Origin: an uncultured Eubacteriales bacterium
Lineage (GTDB): Bacteria > Bacillota > Clostridia > TANB77 > CAG-508
Assembly: GCA_902787685.1 (NCBI GenBank)
Contig: CADAHH010000003.1
Location: 9,058 to 73,057 of the forward strand
Direction: 5' to 3'
Length of the DNA: 64,000 nucleotides
Part shown: positions 1 through 11,800 of the stretch, one piece after another
Layout: the number at the start of each line of letters is the position of its first letter
Numbering within the stretch: position 1 is the first letter of the stretch
The notes under the pieces: generated by a model
The model's database searches: none
The model's input: only the letters and a program-made list of their open reading frames with translations
Told to the model about the DNA's origin: nothing
Made by a program: the position numbers and the translations under genes

Positions 1-649
1 GAATAATCATTTCACCTTTTAAATTAACGCTTTTGTTTATAATTTCAGAAATACTTCCTCTAATAAATTCTTCATGAATTTTAGTTAATTCTCTTGCCAA
101 AACAATACGCCTGTTTTCAATAATATCAGATAAATCTTTTAGTGTTTCTTTTAATTTATGAGGAGCTTCATAAATTATTGCAGTTTTAAATTCAGATTCT
201 ATTTCATCAAATTTTTCTTTTCTTAGCTTTTTATTTAATGGTAAAAATCCAAAAAATGCAAATTCTTTTGTGTCTAATCCAGAAGCAATTAATGCAGAAA
301 TTGCAGCACAAGCTCCAGGAATAGGTATTACTTCTATTCCCTCTTCAATTGCTTTTTTGGCAATTACTTCTCCCGGGTCAGAAATGCCAGGTGTTCCTGC
401 ATCAGAAACAACTGCTATATTTTGACCTTCTTTCAATTTTGCAATTAATATATCCTCTCTATTTTCTTCATTATGTCTATGATTACTAATTAATGGCTTT
501 TTTATATCAAAATGATTAAGTAGTTTTAAAGTTGTTCTAGTATCTTCTGCTGCTATTAAATCAACTTCTTTTAACACTCTTAATGCTCTTAGTGTGATAT
601 CTTCTAAATTCCCTATTGGTGTAGCAACCAAATATAACTTTCCGTTCAT
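1..649 (-). CDS. rsmI: 16S rRNA (cytidine1402-2'-O)-methyltransferase, runs off the window edge
   Basis: Manual translation: MNGKLYLVATPIGNLEDITLRAL...AAEDTR...VSDAGTPGISDPGE...IPGACA...FFGFLP...YEAPHKL...ARELTKIHEE. These are the RsmI/YabC motifs. Confidence 0.95.
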   Translation of the reverse strand, partial: MNGKLYLVATPIGNLEDITLRALRVLKEVDLIAAEDTRTTLKLLNHFDIKKPLISNHRHNEENREDILIAKLKEGQNIAVVSDAGTPGISDPGEVIAKKAIEEGIEVIPIPGACAAISALIASGLDTKEFAFFGFLPLNKKLRKEKFDEIESEFKTAIIYEAPHKLKETLKDLSDIIENRRIVLARELTKIHEEFIRGSISEIINKSVNLKGEMII

Positions 650-713
650 TTTTAATTCCTTTCATTGTTTATTTATATTATTATATCTGGCGATTAAAAT
701 CGCCCCTACACAT

Positions 714-1454
714 CTATTTATTGTATATTCTCAAAATATCTTCTGTATACTTTCCATCTTCATCATATACATACAAATTATCTTCAAATTTTAAAAATGG
801 TTTTCCACATTTTACTCCTTTTATGAGGATAAGGTTAGTTGGCTTTTGTTTATTTGGATAAACAAACTTGATTTTTTTAGGCTCAATACTATGTTTTCGC
901 ATTAAATACAAAATATCAACCAGCCTATCTGGTCTATGAACCATATAAAACTCTCCAAAATCTTTTAATAAGTAACTTGTCGACTCTATAAAATCCTCTA
1001 AAGAAGCGGTTATTTCATGTCTGGATATTAATTTTTGACTATTTTCATTAACAATTCCTGTATTTAGCTGTTTATAAGGTGGATTTGTTGTAACAGCATC
1101 AAAACTTCCTTTTTCGTATTTATCTTTTAAATTCAAAATGCTATCATTTTCTATTTTTATTCTATTTTCTAAATGGTTTAATTCTATGCTTCTACTTGCC
1201 ATTTCCGCAACATCTTTTTGTATTTCTACTCCAATAAAGTTTGTATTTTTGGTTTTTGCAGATAACAGAATTGGAATTATTCCTGTTCCGCTTCCTAAAT
1301 CAATTACTTTTGAACTAGGCTTTATTTCTTTTGCAAAATCTGTTAATAAAACACTATCTATTCCAAAGCAAAAGCCCTCCTTATTTTGTATTATCCTTAG
1401 ACCTTTATACTCTAAATCATCAATTCTTTCATTTTCTTTTAATTCAAATTTCAT
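714..1454 (-). CDS. tRNA1(Val) (adenine37-N6)-methyltransferase (YabB/TrmN6 family)
   Basis: FCFGIDSVLL, SAM motif DLGSGTG, NPPY, SRHEI and VHRPDRL motifs; usual position upstream of rsmI. Confidence 0.9.
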   Translation of the reverse strand: MKFELKENERIDDLEYKGLRIIQNKEGFCFGIDSVLLTDFAKEIKPSSKVIDLGSGTGIIPILLSAKTKNTNFIGVEIQKDVAEMASRSIELNHLENRIKIENDSILNLKDKYEKGSFDAVTTNPPYKQLNTGIVNENSQKLISRHEITASLEDFIESTSYLLKDFGEFYMVHRPDRLVDILYLMRKHSIEPKKIKFVYPNKQKPTNLILIKGVKCGKPFLKFEDNLYVYDEDGKYTEDILRIYNK

Positions 1455-1624
1455 TTAAATTCTCCAAACTCAGATTAAATCTCGATTCAATTCAAACTTA
1501 TAAATATATATTTATAATTTTGAATTGTTAAAAAATCTCTCTCTTCTATCTCCGACCTCATACCTCTATAATTCACTTATTATACAATTCCATCATATTA
1601 TACAATAAAAAAGGAGATTTTTCA

Positions 1625-1816
1625 ATGAATAACATAATATTTAGTAACCAACCTCCTACTTTACCTTCATCAAATAGTGATAATACTGCAAAGAAAAAAA
1701 TAGATATAAAACAATTGAAAAATAATACACTAAATTCACTTAATGAAGTCGAAAATTTTTTAAATGATTTTCATAAGTTTAAAAAATATATTAAATTATA
1801 TAAAATTTTAAAATAA
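1625..1816 (+). CDS. small hypothetical protein (63 aa)
   Basis: RBS AAGGAG upstream of ATG; no recognised motif. Confidence 0.6.
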   Translation: MNNIIFSNQPPTLPSSNSDNTAKKKIDIKQLKNNTLNSLNEVENFLNDFHKFKKYIKLYKILK

Positions 1817-1890
1817 AGTTCTAAAAAGGACAAAGGAATAATACTCTTAATTAGCTATAGCAATCATTTATGAAAGGAATATAATTATTT

Positions 1891-2418
1891 ATGAAAAATA
1901 AAAAATTTCTATTTTTGCTTATTTTTGTACTTGCAATAATTGTAGTACTTTTATTTTACATAGTAAAAAACTTTAATTCAACTGACAAAAGCATTACACA
2001 AGAAATTACTCCTGAGGAGGAAATAAGTGAAAATCAGTTAAGAGAAACAGTAGTTACTCTCTACTTTTTAGATAAAGAATCAAATACACTTAAATCAGAA
2101 GGAAAATTGATAGATTCTGCTTCCCTAATTCAAAATCCATATAAAGAGTTAGTAAATTTATTGATTCAAGGTCCAAAATCACAAAATTTAGCAAATGTAT
2201 TTCCAGAAAATACACAAATATTAGATACCTATATAAAAAACAACTGTGTAACTTTAGATTTTTCGGAAGAATTATTAAATTTTGAAAATGAAGATCAAAA
2301 ATATAATATTATAAATAGTATATTAAATACTCTCACTCAATTAAATGAAGTAAACTCTATCGAATTTTTGATAAATAACGAAAAAAGTGACGTTTTTTCT
2401 GACACATTTACCCATTGA
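1891..2418 (+). CDS. GerMN-domain membrane-anchored protein
   Basis: N-terminal TM helix; VTLYF...LIQGP...FPENT...TLDFS...SILNTLTQLNEVNSIEFLIN pattern typical of GerMN domains. Confidence 0.85.
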   Translation: MKNKKFLFLLIFVLAIIVVLLFYIVKNFNSTDKSITQEITPEEEISENQLRETVVTLYFLDKESNTLKSEGKLIDSASLIQNPYKELVNLLIQGPKSQNLANVFPENTQILDTYIKNNCVTLDFSEELLNFENEDQKYNIINSILNTLTQLNEVNSIEFLINNEKSDVFSDTFTH

Positions 2419-2488
2419 CAAACACCTAATAATATTGTAATATAGATATGATATATTGTTTTAAACAAGAATTTATAGAGGTATAAAA

Positions 2489-4309
2489 ATGATAATTGAG
2501 GAAGAAAAAGTCGAAATTGTTGAAGATGAAAATATGTCTTCATCAAAAGAAAAAAGCAAAAAAACAAAAAAGAAAAAAAATGAATCAGAAAACTCTAATG
2601 GAAATGTTGCTATTAAAGATAAAGTTGATGAACAAAATGATTTGAAAAACAATGATGAAAATCCTAATAATGAAAACAAATCTGCTAATCAAATATTAGA
2701 AAATACACTTGATACTGCCGATATACCTATTTCAGACAACAAACAAGTGGAATCAAATGCAAATGTTGATACAACTACTGAAACTGAAACTAAAAAAACA
2801 TTTTCAGAAGAACCTTTAAGTGAAGAAGACAATAATGAAATTAATGAAGATTATGAGTCTCATAAATCAAAAAGTATTCTTTCTATTATTCTCATAATTT
2901 TATCTGTCTTTTTAGTACTAGTATTAATATGCTTTGGAGCGTTAACATTTTATAATTATAAAAATAAAAATGTAATTGCAAAAGGAGTATCTATTAATTC
3001 TATTGATTTATCATACTGTACAAAAGATGAAGCAAAAGAAAAAATTAATAAATATTATACAGAACAACTTTCTAATGATATTACTCTTGTTTATAATGAT
3101 TACAAAACATTTATAAAAACTGCTGAAATTGAGCTTAATTATAATATTGATTCAGCTGTGGATTATGCTTTTTCTTACGGAAAAAGCGGAAATGTATTTC
3201 AAGATGACTATCATATACTTGCATCTTTAATAAAAAACGAAAACATAATTCCAATATACACCTTAAATCAGGAATTATTAACCAAATTTTTAAATAGTCT
3301 TTCTACAGAATTGCCAGGAGCAATCGTTGAAAGTAGCCATTACATAGATGGGAATAAACTGATTATTACAAAGGGAACTCCAGGTAATGTTGTAAATATT
3401 GAATCAACAACAAATATTATAAAATCACAACTTACAAATTTATCATACATAAATAATCCTATAACTATTGAAGTTAAAACACAAAATCCAAAAGAAATTA
3501 ATGTAGATGAAATATATAAAGATATTCATAGAGAACCAAAAGATGCCTATTATACAAAAGATCCTTATAATATTTCCCCATCTGAAAATGGTATTGATTT
3601 TAAAATATCTATTGATGAGGCTAAACAATTAGTACAAAATTCTGAAGCTGAGTGTGAAATACCTTTAAAAGTCTTATATCCAAATGTTACTACAAATATG
3701 ATAGGTCAAGAAGCATTTCCTGATTTATTAGGTTCTTTCTCTACAAATTATGTTTCAAACCCTGATAGAACAACAAATCTACGTTTGGCTGCAAATAAGA
3801 TTAATGGAACAGTTCTAATGCCAGGTGAAGTATTTTCATATAATGGTATTGTCGGTGAAAGAACTATTTCAGCTGGATATAAAAATGCTGCTATTTATCA
3901 AAATGGTGAAGTTGTAGATGGCTTAGGTGGCGGAATTTGTCAAATATCTACAACACTATACAATGCTGCATTATTTGCTAATTTAGAAATGGTAGAATTA
4001 TATAATCATCAATTTGTACCATCTTATGTTACAGCCGGGAGAGATGCTACAGTTGTATATGGTGTAAAAGATTTCAAATTTAAGAACTCTCGCAAATATG
4101 CCATTAAAATTACATGTTCAGTTTCAGGTGGAGTTGCAAAATTTCAAATCTGGGGTGTAAAAGAACCAACTGAATATGATGTAAGTGTTTATGCAAATGT
4201 TTCAAGAACAGCTTCTTACATAAAAGCAACCACCTATAGAACTCTAAAATTAAATGGCGAAACTATTAAAACAGAAAAAATTGCTAATTCGACATATAAA
4301 GTACATTAA
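2489..4309 (+). CDS. VanW-family protein with peptidoglycan-binding (PG_binding_4-like) region
   Basis: Acidic N-terminus, one TM helix, then RTTNLRLAA, PGEVFSYN, GGGICQISTTLYNA, GRDATV and DFKFKN VanW motifs. Confidence 0.9.
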   Translation: MIIEEEKVEIVEDENMSSSKEKSKKTKKKKNESENSNGNVAIKDKVDEQNDLKNNDENPNNENKSANQILENTLDTADIPISDNKQVESNANVDTTTETETKKTFSEEPLSEEDNNEINEDYESHKSKSILSIILIILSVFLVLVLICFGALTFYNYKNKNVIAKGVSINSIDLSYCTKDEAKEKINKYYTEQLSNDITLVYNDYKTFIKTAEIELNYNIDSAVDYAFSYGKSGNVFQDDYHILASLIKNENIIPIYTLNQELLTKFLNSLSTELPGAIVESSHYIDGNKLIITKGTPGNVVNIESTTNIIKSQLTNLSYINNPITIEVKTQNPKEINVDEIYKDIHREPKDAYYTKDPYNISPSENGIDFKISIDEAKQLVQNSEAECEIPLKVLYPNVTTNMIGQEAFPDLLGSFSTNYVSNPDRTTNLRLAANKINGTVLMPGEVFSYNGIVGERTISAGYKNAAIYQNGEVVDGLGGGICQISTTLYNAALFANLEMVELYNHQFVPSYVTAGRDATVVYGVKDFKFKNSRKYAIKITCSVSGGVAKFQIWGVKEPTEYDVSVYANVSRTASYIKATTYRTLKLNGETIKTEKIANSTYKVH

Positions 4310-4333
4310 AAGCGACAAATAGTCGCTTTTTTT
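4307..4333 (+). terminator. rho-independent terminator
   Basis: AAAAGCGAC-loop-GTCGCTTTT followed by a T run, directly after the VanW gene stop. Confidence 0.8.
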
Positions 4334-4335
4334 AA

Positions 4336-4364
4336 TTGACAATTGCTCTAAAATGTTGTAAAAT
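4336..4364 (+). promoter_or_regulatory. sigma-A-type promoter
   Basis: TTGACA-17 bp-TAAAAT upstream of the 1439-aa gene. Confidence 0.65.
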
Positions 4365-4410
4365 AGGTAAGTAGTAATTAAATTTAACATAATATTTAAG
4401 GAGTAAATGT

Positions 4411-7400
4411 ATGGAACATTGTATTTTACATGTTGGCTTAGATGTTGGCTCTACAACAGTAAAAATTATAGTAATGAATGATAACAAAGAAATAATATAT
4501 AAAGATTATAGAAGACATTTTTCAGATACAAAAAATACAATTTGCACTATGTTATATGAACTAAACGAAAAATATCCAAACTCAGAATTTACAATTGCAC
4601 TTACGGGTTCAGGGGCTATGTCTGCTGCTAAATTTTTAGGTGTTAGTTTTATTCAAGAAGTTGTATCATGCAAAAGAGCAGTAGAAAAATATATACCTGA
4701 AACAGATGTTGTAATTGAGCTCGGTGGAGAAGATGCTAAAATTATCTATTTTGATAAATCTATTGAACAAAGGATGAACGGAACCTGTGCTGGTGGTACA
4801 GGCGCTTTTATTGACCAAATGTCAAGTTTACTAAACACTGATACTGCTGGCCTAAATGAAATGGCAAAACATCATACAACAATTTACCCTATTGCTTCTA
4901 GATGTGGTGTTTTTGCAAAAACAGATATACAGCCACTTATAAACGAAGGAGCTGCTAAAGAAGATATTGCAGCATCTATATTTCAAGCAGTTGTTAATCA
5001 AACAATATCAGGGTTGGCATGTGGTAGACCAATTAGAGGTAAAGTTGCTTTTTTAGGTGGACCACTTACATATCTTTCAGAGCTTAGAAATAGATTTATT
5101 AAAACACTAAATTTAAGAGATGATGAAATTATAATTCCTGAAGAAGCACATCTTTTAGTTGCAACAGGTGCAGCTTTAGATTCTTTTGAAGAAACTCCTT
5201 TTACAAATGAGGAATTAATTAAAAAAATTGAGAGTTTTAAGAATTCAATTGATAACACGACACATCCAATAGAACCTTTATTTAAAAGTAAACAAGAATA
5301 TGAGTCATTTAAAAAAAGACATAGTGGGTCTACTATTGCAAAAAATAAATTAAATAATTACAAAGGTGATTGTTTTATTGGTATTGATGCTGGTTCTACA
5401 ACAACTAAACTTGTTTTAATTGATAAAGATGGTAAACTATTACATTCTATTTATGGAAGTAATGAAGGAAATCCTCTTCAAAGCACAATTAAAATGCTTA
5501 AAGAGTTATATTCTGTTATTCCTAAAACTGCTAAACTTCGCTTTAGCGGAGTTACAGGTTATGGAGAACAATTAATTAAAACTGCATTAAATGTTGATAT
5601 TGGAGAAATTGAAACTATTGCTCATTATACTGCTGCTAAAACCTTTGAACCTGAAGTTACAAGCATTGTAGATATTGGTGGACAAGACATGAAATACATA
5701 CATCTTAAAAATGGTGCAATAGATACAATAATGCTTAATGAAGCATGTTCATCTGGTTGTGGTTCATTTATTGAAACATTTGCCAAAAGTTTAAATTTAG
5801 ATATATCTGAATTTGTAAAACAAGCAATTGAAGCTAAAAGGCCTGTTGATTTAGGCTCAAGATGTACAGTTTTTATGAATTCAAAAATCAAACAGGCTCA
5901 AAAAGAAGGTTACACAGTTGGTGATATTTCAAGCGGGCTTTCATATTCTGTAATAAAAAATGCATTACAAAAAGTTATGAAAATACGTGATTTTGAAACA
6001 CTTGGAAAAAATATAGTAGTACAAGGTGGAACTTTTTATAATGATGCAGTTCTTCGTGCTTTTGAGAAAATAGTTGGTAAAAATGTTATTAGGCCTGATA
6101 TTGCTGGTTTAATGGGAGCTTACGGAATAGCCTTAATTGCAAAAGAACAATATGAAACAAATTTAAATATGGAGTATTATTCAAGTATTTCAAAACAAGA
6201 AGACTTAGATAAATTAGATATTAAAATTACTCATACAAGATGTAATGGTTGTGAAAATCACTGTAAACTTACAATAAATACATTTAATAATGGTAAAAAA
6301 CACATTTCAGGAAATAGATGTGAAAAAGGTGCTGGAAATAGTGATTCAAATAAAAAATCACTTCCAAACCTTATTAAATATAAATATGAGAGAATTTTTG
6401 AGTATAAACCTCTTGATGAAAAACAAGCTACACGTGGAACAATTGGTATCCCTAGAGTCTTAAACATGTATGAAGACTATCCTTTCTGGTTTACTTTTTT
6501 TACAAATTTAGGTTTTAGAGTAATTATTTCAGAAAAAAGTACTAGAGCAACTTATGAAAAAGGCATGGAATCAATGCCTTCAGAATCTGTTTGCTATCCT
6601 GCCAAACTTTCACACGGTCATATTGAAAGTTTGATAGAGCAAGGAATTAAAACTATATTTTATCCTTGTATGCCATATTCTAGAAAAGAACAAGAAAAAG
6701 CAGATAATAAATTTAATTGCCCAATTGTTATTTCATATTCAGAAGTGTTAAAAAATAATGTAGAAAATCTTAAAAAAGATGATATCAAATTCATAAATCC
6801 TTTTTTACCTTTTGATATGCCTAATTTAGTAAAAAAAGTAATGGAACTTGAAGAATTTAAAGAATATAATTTTTCAAAACAAGAATTAATAAATGCTGCT
6901 GAAAAAGCAGAAAATGAATATCAAAAATGTAAGGAAGATATTAGAGAAAGAGGTAGAAAAACAGTTAAATATTTGCAAGATAATAATTTAAAAGGTATCG
7001 TTTTAGCTGGTAGACCATATCATATAGATCCAGAAATCAATCATGGAATTGATACTTTAATTACATCTCTTGGTTTAGCCGTACTTACAGAAGACAGTAT
7101 TTCAAATGAAGTAGAAGTTAAACGACCTATCAGAGTTGTAGACCAATGGATGTTTCATTCTAGACTTTATGCTGCTGCAGACTTTGTTGGTAAACATGAT
7201 AATCTAGAATTAGTTCAGCTTAATTCATTTGGATGTGGTGTAGATGCTGTTACAACTGACCAAGTTGAAGAGATTTTAAGAAGTTTTGGAAAAATGTATA
7301 CTCTAATAAAAATAGATGAAGTAAATAATCTTGGGGCAGTTAAAATTCGTATACGTTCTTTAATTGCAAGTATGAATAAAAGAGAAACTGAAAAATTAAA

Positions 7401-8730
7401 TGGCAATTATGAAATAGACAAAAAAATTTTTACTAAGAAGATGAAAAAAGATTATACAATATTAATTCCTATGATGCTACCTATACATTTTGAACTATTA
7501 GAACCAGCTGTTAATTCATGTGGTTATAATATGCATTTACTTAGAGAATGTACTATGCATACTGTAGAAACAGGTTTAAAATATGTTAATAATGATGCTT
7601 GTTACCCATCTATCTTAGTTACAGGTCAAATGATTGAAGCTTTAGAGTCTGGCGAATATGATGTAGATAAAACTGCTTTAATTATGTCTCAAACAGGCGG
7701 GGGTTGTAGAGCAACTAACTATATTGGCTTTATCCGTAAGGCTCTCAGAGATGCTGGTTTTGAACAAGTACCTGTTATATCTTTAAATGTTGTTGGTATG
7801 GAAAAGTCATCTGGATTTAAGTTAACTCCACATATGATAGAAAAACTATTAAGAGGAGTTATGCTAGGAGATTTACTTCAAAAAATGTTATATAAAAACA
7901 AAGCATATGAAGTAAAAAAAGGTCAATCTCAAATGATATTTAATCAATGGATGGAAAAATCTAAAGATTTGGTAACAATAGGATCTAGCAAAGATTTTAA
8001 ACAAGCTGTATACCAAATAGTTGAAGAGTTCGAAAATATAGAACTTGATTTATCTAGGAAAAAACCAAAAGTTGGAATAGTTGGAGAAATATTAGTCAAA
8101 TATCATCCTTTTGGAAATAATCATGTTACTGATTTATTAGAAAAAGAAGGTGCAGAAGTTGTTCTTCCTGATTTTATGGGATTTATAAAATATATGGCTA
8201 CAAATAAAATTACATTTAATAAATTATTAAATACTAATAAAACAGCAAGTACAATTAGCAAAATTGCATTAAATCTTATTAATATTATGGAAAAAGATAT
8301 TAGAGAAGCTCTATCTAAATCAAAAAAAGATTATTTGCCACTTACTGATATTTGGGATTTACAAGACAAGGTAAAAGGTATTTTGTCCATAGGGAATCAA
8401 ACAGGAGAAGGTTGGTTTTTAACTGCTGAAATGGCAGAATATATTGAACACGGAATAGAAAACATAGTTTGTATACAACCATTTGCATGCTTACCAAACC
8501 ATGTTGTAGGAAAAGGTGTAATTAAAACAATTAGGCAAAAATATCCATTTGCAAATATTTCGCCTATTGATTATGACCCAGGAGCTAGTGAAACAAACCA
8601 AGCAAATAGAATTAAACTTTTGATGACAGTTGCAAAGGATAATTTAAAGATTAAAGAAAATGAAAAAATAGCATTAAAGAATGAAAATGAGAATAATTCA
8701 AACAGTGTTAAATTAGAAAGTAAAATTTAG
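4411..8730 (+). CDS. 2-hydroxyacyl-CoA dehydratase activator / CoA-substrate-specific enzyme activase fusion
   Basis: Two ASKHA (BadF/BcrAD) ATPase modules (GLDVGSTT..ELGGEDAK..CAGGTG; GIDAGSTT..DIGGQDMK..CSSGCG) followed by DUF2229/HGD-D-like regions (VCYPAK, NSFGCG, NDACYP, QPFACLPNH). Confidence 0.9.
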   Translation: MEHCILHVGLDVGSTTVKIIVMNDNKEIIYKDYRRHFSDTKNTICTMLYELNEKYPNSEFTIALTGSGAMSAAKFLGVSFIQEVVSCKRAVEKYIPETDVVIELGGEDAKIIYFDKSIEQRMNGTCAGGTGAFIDQMSSLLNTDTAGLNEMAKHHTTIYPIASRCGVFAKTDIQPLINEGAAKEDIAASIFQAVVNQTISGLACGRPIRGKVAFLGGPLTYLSELRNRFIKTLNLRDDEIIIPEEAHLLVATGAALDSFEETPFTNEELIKKIESFKNSIDNTTHPIEPLFKSKQEYESFKKRHSGSTIAKNKLNNYKGDCFIGIDAGSTTTKLVLIDKDGKLLHSIYGSNEGNPLQSTIKMLKELYSVIPKTAKLRFSGVTGYGEQLIKTALNVDIGEIETIAHYTAAKTFEPEVTSIVDIGGQDMKYIHLKNGAIDTIMLNEACSSGCGSFIETFAKSLNLDISEFVKQAIEAKRPVDLGSRCTVFMNSKIKQAQKEGYTVGDISSGLSYSVIKNALQKVMKIRDFETLGKNIVVQGGTFYNDAVLRAFEKIVGKNVIRPDIAGLMGAYGIALIAKEQYETNLNMEYYSSISKQEDLDKLDIKITHTRCNGCENHCKLTINTFNNGKKHISGNRCEKGAGNSDSNKKSLPNLIKYKYERIFEYKPLDEKQATRGTIGIPRVLNMYEDYPFWFTFFTNLGFRVIISEKSTRATYEKGMESMPSESVCYPAKLSHGHIESLIEQGIKTIFYPCMPYSRKEQEKADNKFNCPIVISYSEVLKNNVENLKKDDIKFINPFLPFDMPNLVKKVMELEEFKEYNFSKQELINAAEKAENEYQKCKEDIRERGRKTVKYLQDNNLKGIVLAGRPYHIDPEINHGIDTLITSLGLAVLTEDSISNEVEVKRPIRVVDQWMFHSRLYAAADFVGKHDNLELVQLNSFGCGVDAVTTDQVEEILRSFGKMYTLIKIDEVNNLGAVKIRIRSLIASMNKRETEKLNGNYEIDKKIFTKKMKKDYTILIPMMLPIHFELLEPAVNSCGYNMHLLRECTMHTVETGLKYVNNDACYPSILVTGQMIEALESGEYDVDKTALIMSQTGGGCRATNYIGFIRKALRDAGFEQVPVISLNVVGMEKSSGFKLTPHMIEKLLRGVMLGDLLQKMLYKNKAYEVKKGQSQMIFNQWMEKSKDLVTIGSSKDFKQAVYQIVEEFENIELDLSRKKPKVGIVGEILVKYHPFGNNHVTDLLEKEGAEVVLPDFMGFIKYMATNKITFNKLLNTNKTASTISKIALNLINIMEKDIREALSKSKKDYLPLTDIWDLQDKVKGILSIGNQTGEGWFLTAEMAEYIEHGIENIVCIQPFACLPNHVVGKGVIKTIRQKYPFANISPIDYDPGASETNQANRIKLLMTVAKDNLKIKENEKIALKNENENNSNSVKLESKI

Positions 8731-8762
8731 AAAATCGGAAATAATATCAATGTTCATTAAGA

Positions 8763-8807
8763 AAAGAGTAAGAAGCGGGATTTTAAATTCTCTACTTCTT
8801 ACTCTTT
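8763..8807. terminator. bidirectional terminator between convergent genes
   Basis: AAAGAGTAAGAAG ... CTTCTTACTCTTT inverted repeat. Confidence 0.75.
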
Positions 8808-8809
8808 AT

Positions 8810-11800
8810 TTATTGTTCAGCTTTTTTATTTTTTCCTTTAAACATACTAAACATATATACTACAAAGATAGCAGTTAATACTAATACAATTAGCATTATA
8901 TAAAATGGATTCTCTTCTATAGGTGTTTTATTTAGTTTTCCCAGCACTGTATATACAATTTGTAATAGTGGTCTAAATGCAAGGATCTTTAAATAAAAGA
9001 CTAACCATTTTTTTAGTATTCCTTCATTTCCTCTAAATTTCATTATTTCGTCTACTATTATTATTAAAGGTGTAATTGCGATAATAATACCTAATAGAAT
9101 CATTCTAAAATATAGTATATAGTGTAACCCTGCTTTAAAAATTGTTAATATAAATCCACATAATATATAAAATAGATTTATTCCTAAATTATTATCCCAA
9201 CTGCAATTTGATAAAATCATATATAATCCTTCAAAATTAGTAGTGAAATAAAAGTCGATTTGTTGTCCAGAATTTCCTACTGCATTACCATCAAAATCAT
9301 AATGAAAATCACCTATCTTCTCTCTATTTTCTCTACTTGTATATCCAAAAGGGTCTGAACTATCTGCAACATGAGTATAATATATATACGAACTGCTTGG
9401 TTGATGTACTATAGTTACATGTGGAATGTATTTGCTTTTATCAGTATCGTCATAGGTTGCTCCATTAGTTGTAATATATTGTACCAAATTAGTAGATGCA
9501 TGTTCATCAACATATCCTGGCAATGTTCTTTTCCCATCCACTAAGACACTTCTTACAACTGCTTTCATTTCTGGTGTTACTGGACCTCCTCCTGCATATT
9601 CAGCTAAATGTCCTGTATCTATGAATGTACTTGCTCTATCAAACCAAAAATATTCTGTGTCTGATCTTGGAGCACCTACCATTTTATATAATCCTGCTCC
9701 GCCCGTAACTCCATGACATTGCCCATTATGGTGTAATTCAAAAAGGTTTGCCATAAGTGATGCTTCTGCTGCAGCTCCTTCTAACGAACCTTGTTCTGAA
9801 TAGGCTACTGCTGCAAGTCCAGTTAATTCTTGGTCTGTCAGCTGATATTTAATAAATGGTGTTGGAGTTGTTGATTTACTTGAATTTCCACTTCCAGTTA
9901 TACCAGATGTTACCGCATTAACAAAATGATTATAAATTCTTATATTAGTCTCTTTATTATAGTGAGTAGTATCAGTAGAGTTAACCATTTCAAATCCTTC
10001 ATTTACTAATTTATCATATAATGGAATAATTGTTACCCTATCTGATAATCCATTTTTTAAACTTTGGTTAAATGCTTTGATTTTTTCATTAGTTGCATAT
10101 TGATCATCTCTTTTTAATGGACCTACTTCCGCATAATAAACTTTTGCACCTCTCGCTGTCCACTGTAATGCTTTGGTATTTACACTATTTATATAACTAC
10201 CAGATTCATCAATATCATTTACCCCTAGCCAAATAATAACCTTATTCCCCATATTTATTATTTTATCAGCTTCAGGAAATGCCTTTTCTACCATCCATTT
10301 GTGTCCTTGGCTTTCTTTACATATAAATGTAGCATTACTTGTTACACTATCTCTAATTCCTTCTGTACGAGAATCACCAATAAAAATAATACCAGTTGCA
10401 TCATTTCCCGATACTTTAGGTGTTGGACTTTTTGAACTTTTTATTGCATTCCAATCTATTGTTTTAGCATTAGATGCATCCAGTTTTTGAAAGTGCTGTG
10501 AATCTAAATCTTTTTCTCCAGATCCTGCCTTTTCTAACCATGTCCAACCATATTTAATAAAAATATTATATATTTCTGTATCTTTTGCAATTTTCTCTCT
10601 TTTTTCTACTTTTGTCCATCCTTCCATTGTATCTCTTTTAATGAATTTATCATCATGATTATTGCTACTGTTTGTACCATTTGGTCCATCTTCAGGTCTA
10701 TGAGTAGTATATGGAGTTGCATTATGACTATGATAATTAATAATATATGGATTAACTAATGGATTTATATCTATACATTTTCCATATGCATGGTTAGATA
10801 AATTATCTAAATCTCTTTGTCCATCATTTGCCTTTCTATAGTTAAATGCAGATGTATTATTTGCTTGAATAGATTTCCAGTCATTTGCATCAAAATTATC
10901 TACTAACTCCATTCTCTCTATTGGATACTTAATTTGATATAATTCTTGGAAAATAAGTAATACTTCATCAGCGAGCTTTTGATGAACAATCATTTCACCT
11001 GTTTGAAGCTGATCGTTAATATCATAATATGGTATTTCTAAATAAGATAATGTCAATTTACTTCCATCATTATCTACCAAACTATCAAGACTATTACCAT
11101 GAAGTGATGGTTTTATTCTGTCAATTAACTTATTACCATTTTTATCTACTGTATTTGAATCTATATCTTTTTTTGTTCCTAATCCTGCTATACCAGATGA
11201 ATTACTAGAATCAACCACTGCTTTTGAATACACATCTACTGAATCTATAATCTTTCCATCTATATTATACATATTTACTGAATTTGAGATATAAAAAGAC
11301 AGTCCTATAGTAAGTGTAATTACTAACATACTAAATATCAATGTAAATAAGCTTTTAAACCATTGCTCTATTAAACTTTTTTCTTTATATTCTTCTGTTA
11401 CACTTTTATCTTCTACAGTATTAATACCTAAAATATTATTTAACTTATCTCCCACAATGGTTTTATTTACTATCAAAACACCTATATATATAAATGAAGT
11501 CAGCATAAGTGCAATAGCTATATATAACAAAACCTTATTAGTGCTTTTTACATATGAACTAATTCTTTCCCATTTTGTCTTTAATTTTTCTTTTAATGTT
11601 GCATTTTGGTTTTTATAAGTGAAATTATCAACAGCAGAATTAATACCAAAAAAATCTATATTAGATAAATGCCCATTATTATATAATAAATAGTCAATTG
11701 ATGTTTGAATAATAGGTACTTGAAATCCATCTTCAGCATCTAACATATCTCCATCAATAAAAACATCATATTTTTCTGGAATTCCCTCACTAAAATTTAT

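Noticed and set aside
2489-4309. Vancomycin resistance locus
   Set aside because: VanW-domain proteins are widespread, and no vanHAX or vanRS genes are present. The M15 domain nearby belongs to the secretion-like cluster.
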